Part shown: one piece after another, positions 1 to 13,033 of the stretch
Numbering within the stretch: the stretch's first letter is position 1
Layout: every line of letters starts with the position of its first letter
DNA from: Octopus bimaculoides
Taxonomy: Eukaryota
Reading direction: 5' to 3'
Assembly: GCF_001194135.2 (NCBI RefSeq)
Contig: NC_068998.1
Coordinates: 34,871,632 to 34,935,631, forward strand
DNA length: 64,000 bases
The notes under the pieces: generated by a model
What the model was told of the DNA's origin: nothing
What the model saw: only the letters and a program-made list of their open reading frames with translations
Database searches by the model: none
Translations under genes and position numbers: made by a program

Positions 1-119
1 TATATATATATACATATGTATATATATATATATATATACATATGTATATATATATATACATATGTATATATACATATGTATATATATATATATATATACA
101 TATGTATATATATACATGC

Positions 120-195
<76 letters not shown>
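1..195. repeat. (TA)n/(TG)n compound microsatellite
   Basis: Direct inspection of the sequence. Confidence 0.95.
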
Positions 196-197
<2 letters not shown>

Positions 198-630
198 AAT
201 GAAATTGAAACCATGTAATAGTTAGCTATTATATCACATTACAATAGAGATGTTATCATTTCACTTTTGAGATGCAGTACCAAAACAGTGTAAGAGATAA
301 GAGATTGCTCCAGGCACGCATTAGGCAAGACGTTGCAAACGTTTTGGGCCTATGACATTCAATGGATCTTATGTAAGGTATGTGTAAAATTTGAATGAAA
401 GCGGTTGGGTAGTTCCTGAGTTTTAGTGGTTTCCCTTGACTATATATAAGTATTCTTTCTAGGGGCCCTATTATCGATATGTTTTCAACAATCTGAGTAT
501 GCCATGAGGTTACTAGACATGAGTTTTACTCACATGTCAAGTTTCATCAAAATCGATAAAACGATGCAGGAGGAATTAGCTAACAACTCCAAAAACACAC
601 ACAAAGAAAGAATTTTGCATATATGAAGTA
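196..630. mobile_element. Probable non-autonomous Helitron/HINE-like repeat fragment
   Basis: Motif CAAGTTTCATCAAAATCG followed by an ACAC-rich tail ending in (TA)n, as in invertebrate non-autonomous Helitron-type repeats. Termini not resolved. Confidence 0.35.
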
Positions 631-1039
631 TATATATATATATATATATATATAATTTCTATATTTGTGAATTAAGGCTACCAGTTCATGTTAAGAACAG
701 TAGGAAAATATTCTCGTGTCTTGACAATTTTTCAAGCTGATCACAAGGAGGAAGGTGTTCACCTTCATTTTGGAAAACTCTTGCTTTGTTCACGGGATTT
801 CTCGCAAATTCACATACATAAGTCAATGAATCAAGGGACTTAAGTCATGTGTTTTGGATGTTTTTGTCTCTTGGATTTGTCTTTTGCATATTTTTTTTTT
901 TGTGGTTAATTTGTTTGCCTTATTTAGCATTATTTGTTTTTGTTCTGGGCATGGTGTTCTTGTATGTTGAGGTAGTTCATCAGTGGGGCATATGTTTTCT
1001 TTCTTTGAAGTTTGTGTGCTATGTGTGTACACATTTAAG

Positions 1040-1289
1040 AAAGGGGCTATCAAATACGATATGAACATTGAAAGAAGGTGGAATAAGCAACCCCCAGATA
1101 GAATGGAAAATCATTGTTAAAGCCAAAAAATATAGAGGACAGGTTACCAAATATGAACTTCGTATTACTGAAAAATTACACATTACACAATCAACAGATA
1201 ACATCTTAAACATTGGGGATGAAAGCTTCTCCACCTGCTTACACAAGCAATATTTTAAACTCAAATATTTCAAAGAAGTACCCTTATAA
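1040..1289 (+). pseudogene. C-terminal fragment of a Penelope-like element ORF (GIY-YIG endonuclease region)
   Basis: ORF 1068-1289 NPQIEWKIIVKAKKY..YELRITEKLHI..NILNIGDESFSTCLHKQYFKL follows the W-x-I..C-x-LC-x-x-EK..LN-x-R-x-E..CRH pattern of PLE C-termini, with decay. Confidence 0.7.
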
Positions 1290-2149
1290 ACGAGGATAAC
1301 CCTACCAGAATAGCCCCTTTTCCTGGTAGTGATAAGGGGCTACCTTATCCCTACCACACATACACTTCTGCACACACGCACAAGCATGTGCACACATGCA
1401 CACAAATGCACACACACACATACACACACAAACACACATACACTCACACACATACATACAGCTGAAGATACTGAAAAGAAAACATCACACACACACATAC
1501 ACACTGGTGGAAACACTCAAAGAAAACATCAAACCCACATACAACAAAAGGAAGGAAAATCCTAATTCTTTCTTTAACAGGACATTCATTACATCATACA
1601 CACCCACCAACACACAGCTGATCACATTCCAAACATATTGAAAGGACATTCAACACAATACACACACACACAACAAGCACACATACACCCCCCCACACAG
1701 GTGGATATAAAACCCATTCAATAAATTTTTTTAATCCACTCCTTTAGCAGGAATCCACAGAGAATGTTTCAGACAATAAACAACTATACCCCCTCTCTTT
1801 TTCTCCAACACTTTAAACTCTATACCAAACTATAATTAAAGAAGATGTCAATGAAAAGCTCCAGACATGTTTTCGACTCCCAAATAGAAGTTAAAATGTT
1901 TTTACTTCAAATTTTTATAAATTTTTCTAATATTTGATAAGATGAGATTCATCATCAAAACTGATAATATTCTATATGTCTTTATATAATTTTTAAAATT
2001 ATTTCATTATATTCTTTCTAAATTGAAATGTCTTAGATTTACTTGTGTGTTATTTCCACCACCATCTTATATACATNNNNNNNNNNNNNNNNNNNNNNNN
2101 NNNNNNNNNNNNNNNNNNNNNNNNNNNNNNNNNNNNNNNNNNNNNNNNN

Positions 2150-2180
<31 letters not shown>

Positions 2181-2184
2181 AGTA

Positions 2185-3870
2185 TGTATATAAATTTATA
2201 ATATAAATCTCATTCTGTGTGTGTGTGTGTGTGTGTGTAAAAGATTATAACGGCCATATTTTTCAACTGATTTTCTCCAAACTGGGAATATACATTACTT
2301 GTGTACCAGGAATAGTTTCAGACTCTTAACATTTTTCACATAATGAGTAACAGGCACCCTGGGGGCAAAAACACCTGTTCCTGGGTTACATGGAAAAGGG
2401 AAGTAACTCTTTGAGAAGTAACTTTCGGAAATTGATTGTCTCCCATACATCCATTGGTCGCAAAAAAATTAAGAATATTGCTTTTTAAATTACATTCATA
2501 CCTTTGAAAGTTTTTTAGAATATTTACTTCCGGTTTTCTAGCATCAGTGATGACTATATTTCTCTATCTATAGCTCTCTATCCATCTCTCTCTATCTATC
2601 TCTGTCTGTCTATATCTGTCTATCTATCTCTATCTCTATATCTATCTTATTTGTTTAACTAGCTAGCTCTCTCTCCCCCCTCTCTCTATATCTCACTCTC
2701 TATTGTTTTCACTGTAAGTTTTCAATCGCTATTTACAAACAACAATGACAAATTATTGACAGAAATAAGTTTACAGTTACTGATGAAAGTAATTTCATAC
2801 ATAATTTACTGACAGAAGTAACTTCATAAGTTTAACTTCAATCCATGTGCTTCATTAAATTTGCCTACAAATTTCTTATTTAATTTTGCAATGTTTTGTG
2901 TTCTTTGTTGTTGCCATAATTACTGATAAAAGTAAGTTCATAATTTACTGACAGAAGTAACTACAAAAATTTCACTTAAATCCATACACTTAGTTAATTT
3001 CCCTAAATATTTCTTATTTACTTTTGCAACGGTTTTGTGTTTTTCTGTTGTTAACGATTTTTGTCTGGTTCCTTCAATACTGGCTCTTTGGCTCACTGAC
3101 AAATTCTGCTTCAACCCATACAATTCTTTATTTTCTGTAAAAATTTCTTATTTACTTTCTGCCCATCATATTAAGAAATATAATTTCCGTTACCCAGTTA
3201 TTTTCATTGTTTACTATCTTCTGCATCCGTGTATTTCGGTATACATATATAACCATGTTTAGAAGGAAAGTGTTAAATTTGTCTACAATGTCAATGTCAG
3301 CCAAAAGAATGTCGTTGTCCAGAGAAAGAGACAAACAGACTGTGCACTACAAAAGCCAGAGCATCTCAAAGTGATGAACAGAGGTATGCACGGCTGACAA
3401 AGAATAGGATCTCCACTGCAGAACAAAGAGCAGTTGAAACAGCTCAGAGAAGCAACTTCTATGAAGCAGCTTTCAATAATGATCCAACAGTTCATTATGC
3501 AGATGACACTAGAATTTCCATTGGTGCAATGACAACTGAGTGCATACATTGTAAAGCAAAGAAGTGACCTGGAGAGACACCTGTACTGTGCTGCAGTGAT
3601 GAAAAAGGTTAAAATCATTGCAATCCCCCAACCTCTATTGCCATTGAAGAAACCGTTGTCATCAATTGATCGAGATTCCAAGCACTTCCAAAACAAAATT
3701 AGACAATACAATGTTGCACAACAGATGACATCACTTGGAGCAACAAGAGATTTAACTGAGTCAGGGTTCATGCAAGCATTCAAGATCCAAGATGAGATTT
3801 ATCATTGGATTGGCTTACTCCTACCTCTTTCAAATGAATCACCAAAATTGGCCTTTCATTGTTTATAATA
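2185..3870 (+). mobile_element. Helitron, 5' portion, decayed
   Basis: TC/(TG)n-rich leader, internal ~140-bp duplication (2774-3053), then a RepHel N-terminal coding remnant. Confidence 0.7.
3290..3868 (+). pseudogene. Helitron RepHel N-terminal region (frameshifted)
   Basis: IGAMTTECIHCKAKK*PGETPVLCC, then KVKIIAIPQPLLPLK..SKHFQNKIRQYNVAQQMTSLGA..FMQAFKIQDEIYHWIGLLLP..PKLAF. This matches the Helitron Zn-finger and FQMTSFG/FKIQGQIYHxIGSLLP motifs. Confidence 0.85.
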
Positions 3871-4044
3871 TGTACCTGTTTTTTTGGTTATAAAATAAGC
3901 TACACAAAAAGTGCTTTTGAATTATGTGAATTATGTGTATTTATTTTATATACATGTACGAGTTAAAACTTTTTTAACATTTCACTTTACGTCTATGTTC
4001 CATGCTGGCATAGGCTGGAGAGTTATTAATGTAGAAAGTTGATA

Positions 4045-4081
<37 letters not shown>

Positions 4082-4292
4082 NNNNNNNNNNNNNNNNNNN
4101 NNNNNNNNNNNNNNNNNNNNNNNNNNNNNNNNNNNNNNNNNNNNNNNNNNNNNNNNNNNNNNNNNNNNNNNNNNNNNNNNNNNNNNNNNNNNNNNNNNNN
4201 NNNNNNNNNNNNNNNNNNNNNNNNNNNNNNNNNNNNNNNNNNNNNNNNNNNNNNNNNNNNNNNNNNNNNNNNNNNNNNATATATATATCTTC

Positions 4293-4374
4293 TGGTTTGA
4301 TTGTCATTGGGTTTGCAGTAATTTTTCTTTTGGCATGAGAAATTTTGTTCTTGACTAAACTATGCTGATAACTC

Positions 4375-4410
<36 letters not shown>

Positions 4411-4664
4411 TTGAAACATTCCTGTCACAACATGGGACCTTGAAGACTGCTTAAATGCAAGAAAGTATACTAGTCCTTTAATATTTGATATTCAATATTT
4501 CATTTATGCAATAAGACAATCAATACTTCATTTCATTTTACTAAATATACTATATATTCTATATCCCACATTAATATTATAAGAATATAAATAAAACATA
4601 AAAAACAGACAGAGTTGGAATTCCTTTGAATAATATGTTCCTCTATACACAATCATACAAACCC

Positions 4665-4700
<36 letters not shown>

Positions 4701-4884
4701 CAATGGTGCATTAAATTATTTCTTTAAATAGATGGCCAGGGATAAAAGATAAGAGGAAGACAGAGAGAAATAAATAAGGAGGAGGAGGACTGGCTAGATT
4801 AAGAGTTATCAGCATAGTTTAGTCAAGAACAAAAGTTCTTGTGCCAAAAGAGAAATTACTGCTAACCCAATGACAATCAAACCA
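4293..4884. repeat. 84-bp inverted repeat pair (4293-4376 / 4801-4884), MITE-like
   Basis: TGGTTTGATTGTCATTGGGTT..TATGCTGATAACTCTT matches the reverse complement of 4801-4884 with few mismatches. Confidence 0.85.
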
Positions 4885-5049
4885 TAGCATTTATAACATA
4901 CATGCATTTATACACACACCCACATTCATGTATGGACAAACTGCACACACACATAAACATCTACACACACGCTCAAACAATTATACAAGTATACATATAC
5001 ACAAGTACGTATGTACCTAAACACACATACATATTTATATAGAGCTGAA

Positions 5050-5850
5050 AGTTTAGTTACTAGAATAAGAACAGGCTGGGTAAAGTTCAGAGGGCTTTTT
5101 GCTACCTTTGTCAGTAACTAAGGGGCTTTCCTTCAGGATGAAAGGCAGATTGTATGATGCTTGTGTACTTACAGCTATGCCACATGGCAGTGAAACATGG
5201 GCCTTGACTACAAAGGACTTGTGAAGGCTTGAAATAAATGATGCTAGCTTGCTCCACTGGATAGGTAATGTCAGTGTGCATGCACACAGCAGAGTGTGAG
5301 TGATTTAAGAGGAAAATTTGGTATAAGAGACATCAGATGTTGTGTGCAAGAGAGAAGACTGCACTGGTTTGGTCATGTGATGCATATGGATGAGGACAAC
5401 TGCATAAAGAAGTACTGGGTTCTAATCGTGGAAGGAACCTCTGGAAGGAATAGAATGAGGAAGATGTGAGCTAAAGTGGTGGAAAAAGATCTTCAGACTC
5501 TGGATCTCACTGAGGAAATGAGAAAGGACTGGGAGTTGTGATGGCTTGCTGTACTTGAGAAGGTGTGTCAAGCCAAGTAAAATTGCCATCATCTATACAT
5601 AGAGGCTTGTCCTTTGCAGGTCTGGTGCCATGTAAAATGGACACATGGACCTGTGTCAGTGGCATGTAAAAAGTAACCACCAGCACACTCTGCCAACTGG
5701 AGGACGTTCTAAAGAACATCCAGCTGTAGAAACCATGCCACAACAGATATGAAATTTGGACAGCTCCCTGGCTGGCCAACTCCTGTCAAACTGTCCTACC
5801 CATGCTAGCATGGAAAACAGACATTAAGCGATGATAATGATGATGATGAT
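5050..5850 (+). mobile_element. RTE-clade LINE 3' fragment (ORF2 C-terminus, 3'UTR, (GAT)n tail)
   Basis: Translates to RIRTGWVKF..GRLYDACVLTAMPHGSETWALT..RLEINDASLLHW..LHWFGHVMHMDED; ends CATGCTAGCATGGAAAACAGACATTAAGCGATGATAATGATGATG. Confidence 0.85.
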
Positions 5851-5894
5851 ATATATATACACACACATACATATATATATTTTGTATGTATATA

Positions 5895-6286
5895 GGCATA
5901 GGAGTGGCTGTGTGGTAAGTAGCTTGCTTACCAACCACATGGTTCCGGGTTCAGTCCCACTGCATGGCACCTTGAGCAAGTGTCTTCTACTATAGCTTTG
6001 GACCAACCAAAGCCTTGTGAGTGGATTTGATAGACGGAAACTGAAAGAAGCCCGTCGTATATATGTATATATATGTGTGTGTTCGTGTGCCTGTGTTTGT
6101 CCCCTCCCTCCATCGCTTGACAACAGATGCTGGTGTGTTTACGTCCCCGTAACTTAGCGGTTTGGCATAAGTGACCGATAGAATAAGTACTAGGCTTACA
6201 AAGAATAAGTCCTGGGGTCAATTTGCTCGACTAAAAGGCGGTGCTCCAGCATGGCCGCAGTCAAATGACTGAAACAAGTAAAAGAG
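5895..6286 (+). mobile_element. tRNA-derived SINE family A, full length
   Basis: A-box-like TGGCTGTGTGG and B-box-like GGTTCAGTCCC; CORE-like CCTTGAGCAAGTGTCTT; internal (TA/TG)n; 3' end GACTGAAACAAGTAAAAGAG. Many partial copies elsewhere, e.g. 8998-9201, 10255-10405, 16322-17035, 23628-23825, 35243-35706, 36222-36366, 37600-37760, 38880-39612, 58128-58290, 59535-59697, 61340-61465. Confidence 0.85.
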
Positions 6287-6805
6287 TATATATATGCACA
6301 CACACACACACAGGTCTTTGAGTTGCTACTTCAGTGTTTTTCATTATACTGAACAATTACACACTGTAGCAGAAAGTCATCAGCTTGTATATATAAAGTG
6401 TTGTGTGTGCATACATATGTATATATGTATGTATGTATGTATGTATGCATGCATGTATGTATGTATGTATGCATGGATAGATGGATGGATTAATGGATGG
6501 ATGGATATATATAATATAATATAAGTAAAATGTAGAGTTTGAACACAGAAAAAAAAACTAATTTATTATATAATGGTCAAATTCATCTCGCCTACATATG
6601 TTTCAATCTCTTATCTTCATTCATATTTTGCAATTAAGATTGCATTATGCATTTAAAGGTAAAAATCTCTTCAGGGCAAAAATTGACACCCTAACACTAA
6701 CACAAATTAATGAAATCCAAAGTATATTAATGGATATGGAGTAAACTGGTGTAGTGTTGGATAAAATACATGCCTATGAAAGAGTAACCTCTTGCCATTC
6801 AAAAC

Positions 6806-6841
<36 letters not shown>

Positions 6842-7003
6842 CATCATCATCATCGTTTAACGTCCGCTTTCCATGCTAGCATGGGCTGGACGATTTGACT
6901 GAGGACTGGTGAAACCCGATGGCTACATCAGGCTCCAGCGGGTAGAAATTGATATCAATCAACATAAATTTAAACCAGTAGTCTAGCATATTTTTTAAAA
7001 AAA

Positions 7004-7086
<83 letters not shown>

Positions 7087-7208
7087 TAAATACATATACA
7101 CTCGCATAGCCTTACACACACAACATTTTATACATATAATAAGCTGTTGACTTTTTGTCGCAATGTGCAATTGTATACACACACACACACACGCATGCAA
7201 ATAGATTG

Positions 7209-7240
<32 letters not shown>

Positions 7241-9684
7241 ATATATAATCATTATATCACACTTATGTATCACTGAGCTATGATATTTTTCTTCTCTCCT
7301 TGTCTACATTTTAATAAGCTTCAGGCAACTGAACAACATGGCAACACAGAATTAAAAGGAAGAGGAGAAAATATAAGATTAGAACAAAATATCTGCATTG
7401 AAAAAAGAAATGTTATTCCTATATGAGAACTAAAATAGAATTCAACATATAATTTAATTTTGCATCATATAATTCGTTTTCAAATTAACCGTGACATCAA
7501 TTGCAAAGGTAACATTTTGTGAAAATCCATTCTTTTCTATGCTTTTTACTCTAGTTTTATATATTTGTTGATTCATGTTGCTTTTGTATGTTATTTAGTG
7601 ATTTATTGTACAAGTGAGTATGTGTGTGTTTGAGTGAACTTTTGTGTAAGTATATGTGTATTCGTGAATGTGCGTATGATATGATTAGTGTTGTGAAATG
7701 ATAGATACTACTCAGTTTTATTTAGGCTCTCTCTTTTGTTCAATTACTCTTTCTCTTCTGCTTTTCTCACCTCTATTGCTTTGTATAACTTCTGTCTGTT
7801 TTTACTCTTTGTTTTTTATCTGTCCTTATCTCTATGCTTCTCTCACTTTTAGGGGTTAGGATGCTAAATGGAATGACATTGTAACAATCTCCTTACTTTT
7901 GAGAGATATTAAAGTCGCTTTCCATTAATTAAAACCCTAGAAAGAATTACTTGTGGAATCGATTTTGAGCAACAGTAGCAGCAGCCTTCATGTTTCTATT
8001 TTAGTTAATTCATTGTAGATCCATTAGAGTTATTGAATCCAGACTAGGTTTGAGTTTTGTTCCTTTGGCATTTACTGACTTCTTTCTGCCATGATGGAGT
8101 ATGAAAGTGAAACATTCTAAATAAAATACATTTTTGATTGTTGAGAATCAATTAAAGATCGACAATTATTATTTTTTTTCTTTTTGTATCAGTAACATCC
8201 ATCTGTACTTGATACTCCTGTTGTTTAGGCCCTGGTTTGTCATTGATCCAGTAGACCTACATCATATGTGTAGCCAATCAGATGAGTAGCAGAAATCTAT
8301 AGAAACAATGTTCCAGATATATCAAACCACACTCTATTTGAGGACCAGTCTATGCACTGAGGCATCCAGTGACTCATCATACTAGTTTCAAATTTTGTCA
8401 AAAGGCTAGCAATTCAAGGGAGAGGAATAGTCAATTACATTGACCCCAATTCTCAGCTGTTACTTATTTTATCAACTCCTAGAGAATGAAAGATTAAGTT
8501 GGCCTGGGCAAAATTTGAACTCAAAACGTAAAGACAGACAAAATGCCACTAAGCATTTTGCCCACCAGCTCGCCACCTTAATTGCTCCTTATATTGACTA
8601 CAGTAACACAGTCCAGTACGATACATTTCTTTCATTAATCAATTCTTTCTGTACCCCTACTGTTCATATTTAGCCCCATGTAGGGTAGTAGATTGGCAAA
8701 ATCAGTAGAGCATCAAGCAAAATGCTTTGTAGTGTTTGTTTCAGCTCTTTAGATTTCGAGTTCAACTCTCACTGTGGTTCACTTTGCTTTTCATTCTTCT
8801 GAGTCAATTAAGTATCAGTCAGATTCAATTTCATTGATTAATCCTTTCCTCCTTCCAAATTTGTGGTTTTGTGCCTGTTAGAAATCATAATTCTGTACCA
8901 TGTATTTTTTCATTTAGCAGGACTATAATCAAAGGCACCCCAAGTATATGGACATGCCAGTTTTTTTTTTATTTGTCTTTTTTAAGCATAGTATACCATT
9001 GGTGTAGGAGTAGCTGTGTGATAAGAAGCTTGCTTCCCAACCACATGGTTCTGGGTTTAGTCCCACTGCATGGCACCTTTGGCAAGTGTCTTCGTTTAAG
9101 CATAATGGGCAAGTGTCTTTTTTTAGGTATTGTATACCAGAGGCACAGGAGTGGCTGTGTATTAAGAAGATTGCTTCCCAACCACATGGTTTCAGGTTCA
9201 GTCTATTTTAATGTTAACTTTGGTATTTTGTTTTAGTCTATTCTGAGAACTTGGTTTTAGCAGTCTGAATAATCAGTGCTTTAGATCAAGAACTACACTA
9301 TTGCAACCGGTCTTGTAGTACAGATCCTCTGTTGATGCAACATATTTTTCTCTGACTCTCTTTGTGAAAAGCTTTGATCTCATTTATGTCTCCTTGTCAC
9401 CATTCCACATTGCCTGCATTCTGAACCAAAAGGTTATTGATGCAGCTGATATTTTTTCCAAGTATATTTTTGAAAGTATCTGGACAGAGGGAAAATAGTG
9501 TTATTGTAATGTTCTACAGCAATATTAACTAAAAGGATAACAACAAAAACAAACAACAACAATGATTACAATGATGGCAGTGATAGAGGTGGTGGTGGTG
9601 GTGGTAGTGGTGGTGGTATACTCCTTTGTTTATTCATTTAATGTCTCTTTTCCTTGCTAGCATGGGTTACACAAATATGTAAAA

Positions 9685-9995
9685 GCACGTAGCTTAATGC
9701 TTATGGTTTTCGATTCTCGATTGTAAGATCATGACTTTGATTTCCTGCAGAGCATTATGTCCTTGAGCAAGTCACTTTATCTCATATTCCTCCAGTCCAC
9801 TCAGCTGGCAAAAATGGGTTGTACCTGTAATTCAAATGGCCGGTCTTGTTACACTCTGTGTCATATTGAATCACCCTGAGAACTACATTAAGGGTATGCA
9901 TGTTTGTGGAGTGCTCAGCCACTCACACATTAATTTCATGAGCAAGCTGTTCTGTTGAGTGGATCAACTGGAACTCTAGTAGCTGTAACAAAGTA
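9685..9995 (+). mobile_element. tRNA-derived CORE-type SINE family C
   Basis: Degenerate tRNA head, MIR-core-like CCTTGAGCAAGTCACTTTATCTC, distinct 3' tail. A related copy at ~12640-13130 is interrupted by a MITE. Confidence 0.65.
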
Positions 9996-10430
9996 CCAGT
10001 TATTAAGGAACTGTTATTTGAATCTGGATGCTCATCTTGATGCTACCCAATACCTATTTTGCAAGTAACTGATTTCTTACTCCAAACAGCTTTGAAAGTA
10101 CAAAGTAAGCAGATGATTTATTGACAACACAAATGCCATCAGGAACATGACACGAGTGTCATGACATTCAAATAAACAAACAACAGATACAAACAAACAC
10201 AAAGATACAAACACTCATGCATGAGCATGCATTTACATTGACATGTATTCATTTGATGGCCTTCATTTTCAGTTTCTGTCTACCATATTCATTAAAAAGT
10301 TTTTGGTCAGCCCAAGGCTATAACAGATGACACTTACCCAAAATGCAGTGCCTTGAGATTGAATCTAAAACTACATTGTTCAGAAGGAAACTTCTTAACT
10401 GTACATCCATACATGTGTATACACACTCAT

Positions 10431-10468
<38 letters not shown>

Positions 10469-11222
10469 ATACACACGTGTGTGTGTGTGTGTGCAGCGAT
10501 ACAAAGCCAATATTAGAAAATAGCATTATATTTTTATATACTGGTTTCAAATTTTGGCATAAGACCAGCAATTTCAGGGGAGGCGTAAATCAATCACATA
10601 GACCCCAGTGTTCAACTGGTTCTTATTTTATTGAACCTGAAAGGATGAAGGGCAAAGTTGAGCTCAGTAAAATTTGAACTCAGAATGTCAGGATGGATGA
10701 AATGCTGCCAAGCATTTTACCCAGTGTACTAACTATTCTGCCAGCTCGCCACCTTATATATTTTTATATATTAAACAGTAATTAATGTTATATGTTGCTA
10801 ACTCAATGGACAGGTGAATAATAACATTGATATAGTGCAGCTACAACAGCTTCTCTTAAGGAATACTGCATGGTAGTAACGAGCTTACAGGTAGTTAGGC
10901 AGGTTTGATAAATTAATTTATTAGTTTATTTCTGTTATCTTTTATTCTTCATTTCTGTGTCTATTTTTCCTTCTGTTTTGTTTTATTAGAAAATATATTA
11001 AAACAAAAGAAACTAAATCAATATTATTAATGTTAATATTTTCCTGCTTCAATAAATTCATAGAGTAACAATTTTAATGCCTTCTCTGCTATTTCAAGCA
11101 AAAACTAGTCTTATTAGAATTCTGGATATTGTTCTTGCTTTCTCTTCTACATGTATCATTTATATGCTTGTGTGCAAGTACATGCATGTGTGTATGCATG
11201 TGCAGATGTTTGCATGCATGTG

Positions 11223-11262
<40 letters not shown>

Positions 11263-11860
11263 TGTGTTCATACATTTATGAATGTATGTATGTATGTATT
11301 TATGTATGTCTTTAGTCAGTTTACTTCAAGATTTCTTGCCAATAGGGAAAGAACCTGTTTCTAACCTAGATCCAAAGTTCCTTCATTGGAATTTGAACAT
11401 CAACAACAAGGTATTTTTGTTTGTTTGTATTTATGTATGTATTCATGTATGTAAGTTAGTTAAAAGCAAAGAAACCAAAAATATTGTTAGTGATAATGTT
11501 TTTCTGCTTCAATAAATTCATGGACAAACCTATTATATTTCCTATTCTACTATTCCAAGCAGAGACTAGTGAGATCACTAAGAACATCTCAAGACAAAAT
11601 TCCTCAACAGAGTAAGGCTGCAGTTATTTAGAGCTACTTTCCTCAATACTTCATCTCCACTCAGTCAAGAGTCTTTCCTTGCAAGCCGGTTGGTGACCTC
11701 TCTAGTGCAACTACCATGAAAACAGCATGCAGTAGACTCAGTAAAGTGGTTGGAATTAGGAAAGGCATCCAACCATAGAAACCTTACCAAAACAGACACT
11801 GGAGCTGAATGCATTTCTCTGGCTCATGGAATACAGATATTAAATGATGATAACGATCAT

Positions 11861-11891
<31 letters not shown>

Positions 11892-12011
11892 GCATATATA
11901 TACATATACATACATGCACTCACACACACACAGACATAGATTTATAAATGCAAATATATTTATGTGTTATATATTTATGTATGTATATTTACATATATAT
12001 TTGTGTGTGTA

Positions 12012-12055
<44 letters not shown>

Positions 12056-12772
12056 CACTCACACACACAGGAACACATAGATATGTTTATGAAAATTGCC
12101 TCATTTGCTGTAGTCATTATGTTTATTCTATCTCAAAGCTAAGATAGATATTATTCAATTTGTCTGTATCCCACATTCTTTAGTTGCAATATTTAAAAAA
12201 ATGAAAACTCTCATTGGTAATGTCGTAATGAGAGACATAGCTTGAAGTCTTTTTAAATCGATGTTCATAGAAGGTAGATGGTAGGCATAATTGAGTTAGG
12301 TTATTAGCGATTAATGTTCAGTGTTTGGAAATGTTGAATGAGTATAGTTGTCACTATTGACATCAGCTTAGTGGGGGTGTCTGACAAAAATAAAAAGAGG
12401 AATAGGAGTTGGAAATCGAAGGATGGTTTTTAATGATTTGTGGATGGTGTTTGAAGGTGGCAAGTTGGCAGCCTCATTAAAGCATCTGATAGAATGTTTT
12501 ACCATATTTGTTACACTTCTCTGCACACTCTGAATTCAAATCTTGCTGTGTTCAACTTTGCTGTTCATCCTCTTGGGTTCCATAAATAAGTTCAATATTA
12601 GGTAGAAATTTGACAGAATTATTAGTGCTTTAGATAAGGTGAAGACACATGGGCTACTGGTTGGGATGTTAGAATGTTGATCATAAGATTATGAGTTCAA
12701 TTCCTTGACCAGGCAAACAACAAGTTTTGAGCAAAGTATTTCATTTTTTCATTTCACTTTGTTCTGTTTACT

Positions 12773-13033
12773 CAGTGGTTCTCAATCAGGATCCATATGG
12801 CCTTTGTGGGGTCCATATGAGATTTTGTTGTTAAAATTTATGTGAATTAAATTGTTTATATTTCTACAATGCTCAAAATATTAAATTTTTTTTTATATAA
12901 TTCATAATATTATTTAATTATAAAAATCTAGTAGGATTTTTGTTTTATATATACAGTAAATGGTTATGGAGGTCCAGTAGAGTAAAATAGGAATCAAAGA
13001 CATCCATAATTCAAAGATAATTGCGAACCACTA
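12773..13033. mobile_element. hAT-type MITE inserted in a SINE
   Basis: TIRs CAGTGGTTCTCAA / TTGCGAACCACTA, flanked by the repeat GTTTACT(C), consistent with a ~8-bp TSD. Confidence 0.75.

Noticed and set aside
973-1010. CTGATGA core on the minus strand near the PLE fragment
   Set aside because: No stem II or GAAA follows.
1845-1890. GAAGA-TGTC..GACA hairpin resembling a hammerhead
   Set aside because: Lacks the CT of the core and has GTTTT where GAAA is required.
10081-10089. 9-nt minus-strand microexon (CTGTTTGGA) with good AG and GTAAGA
   Set aside because: Such signal pairs arise by chance in 64 kb; no independent support.
10995-11572. Diverged ~120-bp direct repeats, and a similar ~30-bp pair at 21427/23171
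   Set aside because: Short, AT-rich and without terminal signatures; probably old local duplications or repeat fragments.
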